Made by a program: the position numbers and the translations under genes. From Octopus vulgaris (lineage: Eukaryota): DNA of 64,000 nt. How positions within the stretch are numbered: position 1 is the first letter of the stretch; every line of letters starts with the position of its first letter. The DNA lies in contig OX597815.1 in the NCBI GenBank assembly GCA_951406725.2, positions 183,334,001 through 183,398,000 of the forward strand, written 5' to 3'. A model generated the notes under the pieces. That model was not told the origin of the DNA. It did no database searches and saw only the letters and a list, made by a program, of their open reading frames with translations. Positions 51,540-63,489 of the stretch are shown here, piece by piece.

Positions 51540-52270
51540 CGCAAGCTATGGACACATAAGAGGTGCAGCAGTATCGTTGGAAGACTAGCAGAGTCTTTAC
51601 ATGTGGCAGACGAGCAGGTACATTAAACACAAGGAATGTATAAAAAAAATAGACACCCTCCAATGTCAGTAGGGATCCTTTGAAGTAGTAGATAGTTTCC
51701 ATTATTTAGGTGACCAAGTTAGCAGTGGTGGAGGATGCTCTGAAAGCCTAGCTGCTAGAATAAGAATAGGTTGGGTAAAGTTCAGAGAGCTACTACCTCT
51801 GTTAGTAACGAATGACTCCCCTCTCAGAGTGGAAGGCAGATTGTATGATGCCTGTGTACGAACAGCTATGCTACACGACAGTGAGACAGTCTGTGATTAC
51901 AGGGGATATGCAAAGGCTTGAAGGGAATGAAGCCAGTATACTTCACAGGAGGAATAAAGTCAGTGTGCATATATGACAGAATGTAAGTGATCTGAGAGAA
52001 AAACTGGGTATATGAGGTATCAGTTGTAGGATGCAAGAGAGAAGACTGTGCTGGTGTGGTCATGTGATGTGTATGAATGAAGACAGTTGCATCAAGAGGT
52101 GCTGATTTCTAATCGTAGAGGAATATATGGGAGGGGTAGGCTCAGGAAGATGTGGGCTGAAGTGATGAGAAAGGCTCTACAGATGTCTTCACAGAGGGGA
52201 TGACAGGGGACTGAGACTCTTGGCAATTTGCACGGTGCTTGAGAAGAAACACCAAGCAAAGTAAAATCAG
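51540..52270 (+). mobile_element. RTE-clade LINE 3' fragment (same family as 400-865)
   Basis: LEVVDSFHYLGDQVSSGGGCSESLAARIRIGWVKFRELLPLL; matches 400-865. Confidence 0.85.
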
Positions 52271-52390
52271 CTGAGTGTTGCTAATCTTGTAGGCTCATGG
52301 GTGCTGGTGCTATGTAAAAAGCACCTGTACTGGAGTCAGTAAAAGCACCCAGTATCCTCTGTAAAGTGGTTAGCATCAGGTTAAATGATC

Positions 52391-52427
<37 letters not shown>

Positions 52428-52467
52428 ACCCATGCTACCATGGAAAACAGATGTTAAACAATGATGA

Positions 52468-52512
<45 letters not shown>

Positions 52513-52515
<3 letters not shown>

Positions 52516-53311
52516 TGGGGTTGGATGAAATAATGGAAACATCTTAAAATTTCAAACAAATTTATTTTAATATGGGGTAGGACCGCCTTTGGCAGTAATT
52601 ACAGCTTGAATTCTACAAGATATGGACTCGTACAAAGTTTGAATTGTTTCCAAAGGAATTTTTGTCCATTCTTCAGCTAAAACAGTCTCCAGTTCTTGTA
52701 GTGATGATGGTGGAGGATATCAATTCCTTACTTGTTTTTCTAAAATGCATCATAAATGTTCAATAATATTGAGATCTGGGGACTGTAGTGGCCAAATAAG
52801 ATGTTCAACTTCACTAGAATGTTCCTCGTGCCATTCAGTAACAACTTTAGCTGTGTGAATTGGAGCATTATCAGCCCGAAAGATTGTGTTTCCCTCCGGA
52901 AACAGTTCCGCAACCATAGGATGAATTTGATGAGATAAAATGCTTTAATAGTCTGCCATGAAGGGAAATCATTGGGCCGGCAGATTTCCAAGATATAGCT
53001 GCCCCAGATCATCACAGATCCTCCTCCATGTTTAACAGTTGGAAGAATACAGTCTGGGTCAAATGCTTCTTTTGGCTGTCTCCACATGTATACTTGACTG
53101 GTGGTCAGAAATCAGGTAAAGGATGATTTGTCCAAGAAAACAACATTCTTCCACTGCTCTAGGGATGAATTCTGTAGGTTTTTACTCCACTCTAAATGCT
53201 TTGCAACCTTTGTTTTAGAAAGTAATAGTAGTGAAACAAGCTTTTGACTGTTTTATAGATATTTCAAAATTATGATGCTATGTGTTTCCATTATTTTGTC
53301 CAACCCCTGTA
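52513..53311 (-). mobile_element. Tc1-like element remnant inserted in (TA)n
   Basis: TIRs ggggttgga..aaataatggaaaca; TVKHGGGSVMIWG. Confidence 0.9.
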
Positions 53312-53537
53312 TATATATATATATTGTGAAATAGAAAGATGAATAATCTTGTTGCAGATTAATCAAAAGTTTAACCGATACCTTGGTAGCAAAAATCACA
53401 GCAGAAGACAGCACGGTTGGAGGTACAACCATATGGTGTTGCAACCATGCGTTGGTGCGGATAATTGAATTATAATATTATTAGTGAATTGAAGAAATGG
53501 AGTTGAACGAAGATTGAACAGAAATCGTTTTATTGCA

Positions 53538-53617
53538 TTCTACACGTGTTTCGAAAGCCACAATTTACCAAATTCCGATTGAATAAGGAGACCATATTGT
53601 GTCTTTCTCTTCAGGAA
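53538..53617 (-). ncRNA. Type I hammerhead ribozyme motif, intact core
   Basis: ttc CTGAAGA gaaag...ctttc GAAA cacgtg TA gaa; palindromic stem III. Confidence 0.82.
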
Positions 53618-53754
53618 GAAATAGGAAATCCGTTGGAAAAAACAAAAACAGAACAGAGGCGGAGCAAAACAAATCGAACGAGGCTCCTAAGAGCCCATGG
53701 CCAAACGATTTCTGTTCAATCTTCGTTCAACTCCATTTCTTCAATTCACTAATA

Positions 53755-53785
<31 letters not shown>

Positions 53786-55113
53786 TATTCCTGTCGAAAG
53801 ACACCTGCCTGTGACGTCCTGTTTTTGTTATTATTATTATCATTATTGTTTTTACGTATTTTTGTATTCTTATTTGTGTAACATTGTCCATTTTTCCGTC
53901 CCTGTTTTGTATACATTCGAGGCTTTCTTCCAAGGAATCTAATGTGCTTGGCTTAGATTTTTCTTTGGGGCTGGCCAGATCGGAGCAATCTCAAGATTAA
54001 TCAGACGAAATTGCGAGGATGATCCGGTTCTTGACTGAAGATTGAAGGCTTCGAATGTCCCGTCTGTGTTTTTTGTATTGTCTTCTAAATGTCTTACGTT
54101 CTTGTCCCAGTTTGTATTTATATATATATATATGTAGCCAAATATTTGAATCTATTCCTATGGATACAAAATCGGGGCATAGCAGCTGATGGATACATAT
54201 AATCATTTACAGGCTATTCAGCTTGCTTCCAGGTACATGACACTAATAGCCACAAGAATGGTGAAACATCAATGTCCATCACTGCTGGATAGGATTTGGG
54301 GTGAGTTGTCTTGCCTGTCTATGACTTTCAGGTGCTTTAGTGCCGGGCATTTTGAGAGAGTCACCTCCACTGTGTCAAATTGCAGCCTACATGCAAATGA
54401 GCAAATCACATACGTTGAGTATATGTTTTTAATAATGATTAAATAGTACATTTGCTGATGTGTGCAAAATTTGGTGAAGCTGAAATTAATTAACTAGAGT
54501 TGCATGAAGTAGCATTTAATGAAATATATTGGGTGTTTCTAGGGCTAAAGGATGTATGGGTCAATGGTTGTTTTGCAGATATTGATTGTTTGGTGAGACA
54601 AAGACAGGATATACTTATAAAATATCAGTGTCATATTGAATAGAAATGGAATTTGTAATTAACGATGAAAATAGACATGTTCAGAGAATCAGACAGGAGT
54701 GAATGAAGATGTTTAGTTTGGCATAAGATGTTCTGACCGTTTGATTATTCCCAGAAGTCTTCATTAATTATCAAGACATTTGAGAGTTTTGGTTTCTCTT
54801 ATGTTTTTATATAAGTCTTGGCCACTTTGTGACAAGAGAAAGGGCAACGCACAGGATGTCTTTCAGGGCCTCCATGATTGTTGAGAAAAAGGAAGAACGT
54901 TGTCAGCTGATTGAAAACCTAGTCCAAATGTTTACAATGTTTACAACTGGGTGAATTTGTCAAAAAGGCTCCAAAACCCAAATGATTGCCTCTACCTGGG
55001 CAGTGGTTATAACTTGAAATTAGAATCATCTTTTATAAAACATATCTAATAATTTTATTGAAATCCTTAGTAAATGAAGTAGCTATGCTGTTAAATAGAA
55101 TTTTGGTACTTAC

Positions 55114-55205
55114 AATTTTTTGCAACCAATATCCAATTTGGTTCCTGCCGGCTTCCACACATTTCCATATTTGCAAGGACATTGACTTGGTAAAACACAA
55201 TTACC
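55114..55205 (-). CDS. Exon 4: GNCVLPSQCPCKYGNVWKPAGTKLDIGCKK
   Basis: aatcag / gtaagt, phase 0 to 2; completes the TIL; not in the ORF track. Confidence 0.9.
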
Positions 55206-57254
55206 CTGATTTCAAAAAAAATTTTTAAAAAGGCAAAGATTAAGTTGTAGGAATGTATCTGCATTCTGCTTAGTATTGATTAGAAAAAAAAGCTTGCCTT
55301 GTTATTTGGTTATGTAGAGATTTTGGGAATCTTTTTAAATTTTTGTTATGGTAAAGTCAAAAGTGAAAGTTGTGAGCCTGTGATCTTTGAAAAGACTGGT
55401 GCAAAGGAAAATGTAGGAAGAAATCATGAGTTTTGTGATATTTTTATACTAAAGACTTTATCTACATGTTTGCAAGAATGAACTTGCTAACAATACCCAC
55501 AGGACAAATAGTGGTGTTAAGCTGGATGACAGACTAAGCATACCATCCAGAATCTAAAAGTCTTGCCTCAGCTGTAGCTACCTTCACCACAAGACAAACT
55601 TTTAATTCTTCTATTGCTTTTGTCATTGGTAACATTCACAATGTATAAACTTGGCACAGAAGTCTCATGTCTATCCATCTAGGTGAGTGAGAGTCAAATT
55701 TTATTGAAACTTTTTCAATACAAACAGCTTTCTTCCATTGTAAAAATGAGTTTTTTCTTAATTAACTGTGCTGTTGCAACAATGAGTTTCAATGTAAATT
55801 GTAACAATCTGATTAATTGTATTCTATGTTTTATTTCTAAGTGATAAACTATAAATTTTTATAGAATTCAGAGCTAACACTGTAAGTTACAGCATTATAA
55901 TTTACTCTGCTAGCTCTTAATTCAATACAAAATCTACAGTTTATCACTCGAAAGTAAGAATATTACACTGCTAACACAAAAAAGTAAGACATTTGGTGAT
56001 GGCATTTAAAAAATTTGTTTAGTATAACTATTTATAGGAAATGGAATTTTGTGAACTCTATTTGTAATAATTCCAAACATTCACTCTCTTATAAACATTT
56101 TGTTATAATTTTTATAATACTCAACTTCATCATCATCATCATTGTTTAATGCCCGCTTTCCATACTGGCATGGGTTGGACAATTTGACTGAGGACTGGCA
56201 AACCAGATGGTTGCACCAGGCTCCAATCTGATCTGGCAGAGTTTCTACAGCTGGATGTCTTTCCTAACGTCAACCACTCTGAGAGTGTAGTGGGTGCTTT
56301 TACATGCCACTAGCATGAGGGCCAGTCAGGCGGTACTGGCAACAACCATGCTCAAAATTATATATCCCAACTTGTGGGATATATAATTATTTCAACAGAT
56401 ATAAAATATTTTTCATCAGACTTTGAGCTGGGTAGTCTTAATTTTGTAATTATGGACTGAATGAAAGGTATAAAAATATATGAAAAAAATCAAAACTCGA
56501 ATAATATAATTCAAAAGATGCAATTAATATTAATTAGTGTAAGGTGGAAAGCTGGCACACTCATTAGCATGCCAGGCAAAATGCATGATGGCATTTCATC
56601 CATTATTATGTTCTGAATTCAAATTCTGCTGAGTTTACCCCTGCCTTTCATCCTTTACAGGGTCAATAAAGTAAATATCAGCTGAATGTTGGGGGTCAAT
56701 TTAACTGACTAACACCCACACCCAGCCTTTGCCAAAATTTGAGACCAAAGGTAGCGAGCTGGCCAGATCACTGGTACACTGAGCTCAGTGACATTTTGTT
56801 TGACTTTATACTCTGCGTTCAAGTTTTGCTAGGGTTCACTTTGCCCAACACTGGGATCGATGTAATTACCCCAAAATCTGAGGCCTTAGTAGAAAGGAAT
56901 ACTAGTTAATATTTTTACTGTCTCCCCTTGCCTGATTAAGCACTAAACAGAAATCGTCATCATCATCATCATCGTTTAACGTCCGCTTTCCATGCTAGCA
57001 TGGGTTGGAAGATTTGACTGAGGGTTGGCGAACCAGATGGCTGCACCAGGCTCCAATCTTGATTTGGCAGAGTTTCTACAGCTGGATGCCCTTCCTAACG
57101 CCAACCACTCCGAGAGTGTCGTGGGTGCTTTTTACGTGCCACCAGCATGGGGGCTAGTCAGGCAGTACTGGCAATGACCTCGCTCGAATCTTTTTACACA
57201 TGCCACCGGCACAGGTGCCAGTAAAGTGACCAAATATTTTTGAGATTTACTTAC

Positions 57255-57450
57255 ATCTGGAGAGGTCACATAATCTGGAGGACATCTGCAACCTTCATAC
57301 TCTTCTTCATAAAGTATACACGGTTGAGGTTTGGATAAAGTATGACAGGTTTCTTGACAGTCTGTTGCATTGTTGACCCATGTATGATTTTTGCGGCAGA
57401 TCACTTCTTCTGTAGCTGTATTGCACTCCCATGTACCACTAGCACATGTA
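57255..57450 (-). CDS. Exon 3: CTCASGTWEC plus second TIL (ICRKNHTW...CQETC...EGCRCPPDYVTSPD)
   Basis: tttcag / gtaagt, phase 2 to 0. Confidence 0.92.
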
Positions 57451-57502
57451 CTGAAAGCAGAAAATTGTATTACTTAGACCTTAACATTATTTACATCAAC
57501 TA

Positions 57503-58030
57503 CATCATAATCATCATTGTTTAACGTCCACTTTCCATGGGTTGGATGATTTTGACTGAGGGCTGGCGAACCAGATGGCTGCACCAGGGTCCAATCTTGA
57601 TCTGGCAGAGTTTCTACAGCTGGATGCCCTTCCTAACGCCAACCACTCTGAGAGTGTAGTGGGTGCTTTTTATGTGCCACCAGCACAGGGGTCAGTCAGG
57701 CGGTACTGGCAATGACCTTGCTCGAATGTTTTTACACACACCACCAGCACAGGTGCCAGTAAGGCGACATTGGTAATGATCACACTCGAATGGTGCCCTT
57801 TTACGTGCCATGGGTACAGAAGCCAGTTAGCCGCTCTGGCAACGATCACGCTCGGATGGTGCTCTTGGCACCCTACTAGCATGGGCACAAGTGCCAGTAA
57901 GGCAACGCTGGTAACGATCCCACTCGAATAGTGCCTTTTATGTGCCACAGGCACGGAAGCTGGTTAGCCACTCTGTCAACGATCACACTTGTATGGTGCG
58001 CTTTGCACCCCGCTAGTTCGGATGCCAGTC
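57503..58030 (-). mobile_element. Family C retro-repeat
   Basis: Matches 48863-49480. Confidence 0.85.
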
Positions 58031-58039
58031 ATTTGTAAA

Positions 58040-58924
58040 TACGAGGTCTGATCAATAAGTATCCGAACTGGTGCTATGAAAACAAAACCAGAATGTGTAC
58101 CAATTTGGCATTTAATCTCCTTCAAGATAATCCCTTTCAGAATCCAAATACTTAATCTAGCACTGTTTCCATTGATGGAAGCATTCCTGGAACTTGTTTT
58201 CTGGGATAATCAGCAGCTGCCTCATCGCATTCACTTTGATTTCCTCAACATCCTGAAATCTTCTTCCTTTCAAGTGGGATTTGATTTTTCGAAAGAGGAA
58301 AAAGTTGCAAGGGGTGAGATTGGGGGAATAGAGTGGCTGGCAGACCTGGGGAATGCTGTGCCTAGCTAAAAACTGCTGCACAAGCTGTGCTGAATGGGCA
58401 AGTGCATTGTCAACTGAAAGCAGTTTTGGCACAAACTTGGCAGACACATGTCTCATACCCAAATCTTCAGTGATAACAGACTTAACTGAACCATAACTAA
58501 TCTGCACATTCTCTGATAACTCACTGATGAGGATTCGATAATTTCCTCTCACAGCTGCATCCACATCTGCGATGTTTTTCTCAGTTCTGTTGGTTGCAAG
58601 TCCCTCAGAATGTTCGTCATTATCGAAATTTTTTTTTATCATACACTCCTCTCCATACACTTCTGCAACTTTGCGTAGGCTTCTGAGCAGGTATTGCCAA
58701 GCTTTTGGCAAAATTTGATGTAGATTCATGTCAATGCGATGACCACACACTACACATGTTCCTTCCAAGCACTGTTGTAAATAGTGGAAGTGAGCTAGAA
58801 TGTTAAAACTTAGTGTGCATGGACAGCAGAGTTCAAGGTCAATCTTTGCCTAATAGCTTTACTCTGCATGCTTTAGCTTTGTTACTATGGCAACAGTCTG
58901 GATACTTATTGATCAGACCACTTA
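58040..58924 (-). mobile_element. Mariner element, internally deleted
   Basis: TA-flanked TIRs (gaggtctgatcaataagtatcc); ORF 58157-58768 with KFVPKLL, DNALAH and YSPNLTPCNF. Confidence 0.92.
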
Positions 58925-59615
58925 TTTTCCCAAATACAACAACGTAATAATAGAAAGAAAAAGTTACTTTTCTTCAATTTACATGATTAGGTTGATGATG
59001 CTGGAGGTAATGATGCTATGATAATGCTAATGGTAATAATGTGGGAGCTTCAAAGTGGTCACTAGCGCTGCTAGAAATAACAACTAAATCATAGTCAATC
59101 TACAACATACCATCTTCAATAATCTTATATAAGGAAAGAACACATTGGATGACATAGTAGTCTTGGATTCACTATGCTTTAATATAAGAACATGATGATA
59201 ATGGCTGGCATGCCCTTGATCAAAGGCACATACATTCAGAGCTGATCTGGGGTTAAATAATGACAACTAAAGTGAAGAAAGTGATGGTGTACCACAAGTC
59301 GTCTTTAATACTGTTTATCTAGTAATATGAATATTGACTAAGATTTGCAGCAGGTTATATGAGAAACTGAACGAATCCCCTGCAGTGGTGAGGCAATTCT
59401 CACTAGGTCAGTTAGTTACTTGTCTTGGTCATTGCTTCTGTGAGGCCTAAAGTTCATAGATCATGCTTCACCACCTCGTCCCATGTCTTCCTGGGTCTAC
59501 CTCTCCCACAGCTTCCCTCCACAGTTAGAGATCATTACTTCTTTACACATCTGTCCTCCAAATTCCACTGAGGTCAACTCTTTATCTTCCATACCTTTGG
59601 AATCAATAAAATAAG

Positions 59616-60185
59616 TAATGGGTTACCCAGAAAGTACGTGCCGATTTTTAAAGGAAAAAAAAAGGTCAATAAATACTTGCTATTACAGTTTTAATCAACC
59701 AAATATGAACCATTTTGTTGCACAATGCATCTCTATCTTTCCTTTAACTTGGAAATACCCTCTTCCCAGAATTGTGGTGGTTTCATAGCAAAGAATTCAT
59801 CAAGGTATCTTTTTATGTCATCCAAGGAATTGAAATTTTTACCATTAAGACTATTCTGTAGAGACCTGAATAAGTGGAAATCCGAAGGAGCATTATCTGG
59901 TGAATATGGAGGGTGGGGTAACACATCCCAGCCGAGCTGCAGCAATTTTTGTCTGGTTCCCAAAGCATCAAGTGCTGAAAATGAACTTTCTTATCTTCCA
60001 TTTTAAAGGATTACAGAATTAATACAGGTTATAGGAACATAAACCTTCTTCCATGAAAAGTTAGCTTAAACTGTGCTCTAAATGGAGGTGTCATCAAATC
60101 CTATTTTATAGACTCAACCATGTTCTAAAATAAGTTGAAAGTTAAGCTACTATAAATCGGCATGAACTTTCCGGACAACCCAATA
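59616..60185 (-). mobile_element. Mariner element, internally deleted
   Basis: TA-flanked TIRs; PHPPYSPDNAPSDFHLFRSLQNSL. Confidence 0.92.
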
Positions 60186-60481
60186 CTAGCTGAGTGTTGA
60201 GGTTCAGGTAACCTGAATTTGCTGGCCTTGTGCTAAAATTTTAAACTATTGTTATAATAACAGCAAGCTGGCAGAATTATTAGTACATTGGACAATATGG
60301 CAAGTTGGTAGAATCATTAGCAGACTGGACAAAATACTGAACATTTTAGATTCTGAGTTCAACTTCCTTCAAGATTGTGAGTACGGGGGTCGATGTAATT
60401 GATTTAATCTTGTCCCTGAAATTGCTGGCCTTGTGCCAAAATTTGAAACCAATGAGGAAAACACTAAAATTGATTACTTAC

Positions 60482-60734
60482 CAATCTCGGCCAAATATCT
60501 GTACAGATTCACCATTCTCATAATGTTTCTTGTGGTGTTTATCATAGCAGGTACACTCTGAGATTTTTACACATATTCCAATATCGTTCATCAATGTGCC
60601 ATCTGGACACTGACACCCAGATATGCAGCCAGTTTTGCATTGTGACAAGTCCTTATCTAAGTCATGACATGATGTCAGGCATGAAGATTTACAGCTCAAA
60701 TATTGCTGACCTGTACCTTCAGGACATGTTATGC
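60482..60734 (-). CDS. Exon 2: TIL domain plus start of VWC-like module (ITCPEGTGQQYLSCKSSCLTSC...CISGCQCPDG...CVKISECTC)
   Basis: ttacag / gtaagt, phase 1 to 2; full 10-Cys TIL pattern. Confidence 0.93.
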
Positions 60735-60873
60735 CTGTAATGATATTGAAAATGTATAATTTAAACTTTAACAATAACATGGAAAACATCAAAACAAACA
60801 AGGAACCAAGAATTTAAGGTCATTGAAATTAGTAACTGAGTAACTAAACCATAGGGGAAAATAATAAACACAT

Positions 60874-60907
<34 letters not shown>

Positions 60908-61284
60908 AATAATTATTTGAGGGAATATTAATCTTAACTTACAGGGAAAAAAATTCAATTTAGAAATACTAAATCAAATTTCACACAATATATATATATA
61001 TATATAAAAATTAGAAAAAAATCAATTTTCTTATTTTTATATATATATATACAAATAAGACAACCGATGTTGGTGTGTTTACGTCCCTGTAACTTAGTGG
61101 TTAGACAAAAGACGCTGATAGGATAAGTACTAGGCTTACAAAGAATAAGTCCTAGCGTCGATTTGTTCGACTAAAGACGGTGCTCCAGCATGGCCACAGT
61201 CAAACTGACTGAAAAGAATAAAAGAATATGTATACACACACACACATACATATCTTCTTGCAGACTACCTTATTGGCAAATAGC

Positions 61285-61730
61285 AGTGACCTCTTCATGG
61301 CTGGTGACTTCAATCGACATGTCGGGCAGCATCTGAACAGCTTCTATGGGGTGCATGGAGGTTTTGGAATTGGTTCCCACAATGAGTTTGATGGAGTTAT
61401 GTGATGCAAATGATTCTAAAATCTGCAATACTAGTCAGTCACTTGTTCACTTATTAATCGGTCAGTCACCTGTTCACTTACTAATCGGTCAGTCACCTGT
61501 TCACTTATTAATCAGTCAGTCACCTGTTCACTTATTAATCAGTCAGTCACCTGTTCACTTATTAATCAGTCAGTAACCAGTTCACTTATTAATCTGGTGT
61601 CCACACAAGCTAGATTGACTACATTCTCACTAGAAAGCAGGAAAGTGAGTTAATTATACAATGCAAGTCCTTCCCAACTGAAGAGTGTATCCCTTAGCAT
61701 AGGCTTGTTATTACTGACTTCAGATTCAGC
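61285..61730 (+). mobile_element. RTE endonuclease fragment containing a 27-bp tandem expansion
   Basis: AGDFNRHVG...YGVHGGFGIGS; LDYILTRK; HRLVITDF. Confidence 0.75.
61436..61597. repeat. 27-bp minisatellite, 6 copies (cagtcacctgttcacttattaatcagt)
   Basis: Read directly from the sequence. Confidence 0.95.
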
Positions 61731-61749
61731 TCCTTGCCATATTACCTGA

Positions 61750-62030
61750 CAGGGTCAGCAGTGGTTGTCAGAGGGTTTCTATGACTTCACCAGCCTCAAT
61801 TCCTGACATCCTAATTCACCTGATGGTAATTCTATGGTCTACTATGCTTGCGGTGCAGTTGAGAAAGATACCGTGTGTTCTGTCTGCTACCCCACTGCTG
61901 AACTGGTGGCCAAGATAAAGGAACTGTTTGAAAGTCATTTTAGGGACACAGTGAAAAGCAGATGCTCTAAGTTCTGGAACCGCCTAGAAGCCATGATGGA
62001 AGCTAAGGGCTGCTACTGTGGCTAAATTGT
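61750..62030 (+). mobile_element. Tc1/mariner-superfamily transposase C-terminal remnant
   Basis: Degenerate PNSPD.N..YY..G.VE and FWNRLEAMMEAKG. Confidence 0.55.
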
Positions 62031-62574
62031 TATCTCTCAGCCATAATCTTCATATTAGAAAATTTTTTAAATACTTTTAATTTTGGATGGGATTATGTGT
62101 TTTCTTTTCCTTTAAGAAAAACTGCCAGACTTAGCATGTATGTATATATATACTTATATATATGTATGTATGTGTGTGTGCATATGTGCATATATATGTA
62201 TGTATATGTGTGTGTATAAATATATATATACATGCACATAAATACACACACACATATATATACATATATATAATATATGACTTGGTATGTATTCAACAGC
62301 CAAGGATGGAACTGTTTATGTTCTGAGATTTTAACTCAGATTATAGAAGGATGAAATTAAATGTTGCAAGGCAACTATCAATGGGGTCTACTTTTTCTGC
62401 CACACCTCTGCCTTAACAAAGTCACTAAGAGAAAAATTAACTGTTATTTAGTCATTACTAATCACACTAAACAAATATTTTTAATCTTTAGTAAACACAT
62501 AAATTAATAAATACTGTTATTCGCAAGAGGCACAACTGAGACATTTGCAAAAGGAGACAAAGCTTTTTACTTAC

Positions 62575-62812
62575 TACAAGCATCATTGATTGTGGAATTA
62601 GACTGCCAGTCAATAGTGATATTATTTTCAGCACATTCTCTTGTATAAGCTTCCAGGGCAATGCAAAATGCTTGTTTATTGTAATTTAAACTATTGCACA
62701 TATCCCTCATGCAAAGTTTTTTATATGTGTCTGATCGAACAACGCTTAAGCATTCTTCAAATACTGGACTTTCCTCCAAAATTGAGCAGTACTTTGTAGC
62801 CGTTTCTAAGTT
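62575..62812 (-). CDS. Exon 1 in window: C8 domain (NLETATKYCSILEESPVFEECLSVV...CIALEAYTRECAENNITIDWQSNSTINDAC)
   Basis: tttcag acceptor, gtaagt donor, phase 0 to 1; C8 cysteine pattern. Confidence 0.92.
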
Positions 62813-63489
62813 CTGAAAGAATATTATGTGTTCAAATATTTTATTTATTAAGGAAGGAGTAAAAAGAGAAACACAAACAACAGCATATATTATGCATGAT
62901 ACATGTATTTATATGCTTTTATAGAAAAATATTTCCAGATAACCAAAGATTCCGCATAAGCCATGTACGGGGATGATGTCAATAAGATGAGAGTTGGCCA
63001 TGAGAGTACAGTAATGAATTCAGTATGTCGGTAGGCATTCACTAGGGTTCATTTCCCACTCCCCTCTTATTCATCATTGACCACTAAGTCATAACAGAAG
63101 AATTCAAGATTGGCTTCCCCAGGGAACTAGTAAATATTGATGATTGCATTCTCATACCAGAATCATCATCATCATCATCGTTTAACGTCCGTTTTCCGTG
63201 CTAGCATGGGTTGGACGGTTCGACTGGGGTCTGGGAAGCCAAGAGGCTGAACCAGGCTCCAGTCTGATCTGGCAGTGTTTCTACAGCTGGATGCCACTCC
63301 TAACGCCAACCACTCTGTGAGTGTAGTGGGTGCTTTTTACGTGCCAGGCGAGGCTGGCAATGGCCATGATCGGTTGGTGCTTTTTACGTGCCACTGGCAC
63401 AGAATCCAGTCAAGGCGGCACTTTGCATCGGCCACGTTCAGATGGTGCTTTTTACGTGCCACCAGCACACAAAAGAATTCCAGGTGTGA

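Larger units (their letters stand above)
2228..62812 (-). other. SCO-spondin-like (VWD/C8/TIL + LDLa + TSP1 + VWC) multi-exon gene, partial at both ends
   Basis: 22 Cys-rich exons with GT/AG sites. Every adjacent pair is phase-compatible except across the N gap. Domain order matches SCO-spondin (D domains, then LDLa, TSP1/TIL, VWC). Orthology is not established. Confidence 0.88.

Noticed and set aside
56375-56425. Minus-strand CTGATGA...GAAA TAATTA TA
   Set aside because: Stem I does not pair and stem II is poor, so it is probably chance in AT-rich DNA.
57660-58030. Regularly spaced palindromic repeats resembling a CRISPR array
   Set aside because: The 'spacers' are themselves similar to each other, the array is internal to a dispersed eukaryotic retro-repeat, and there are no cas genes.
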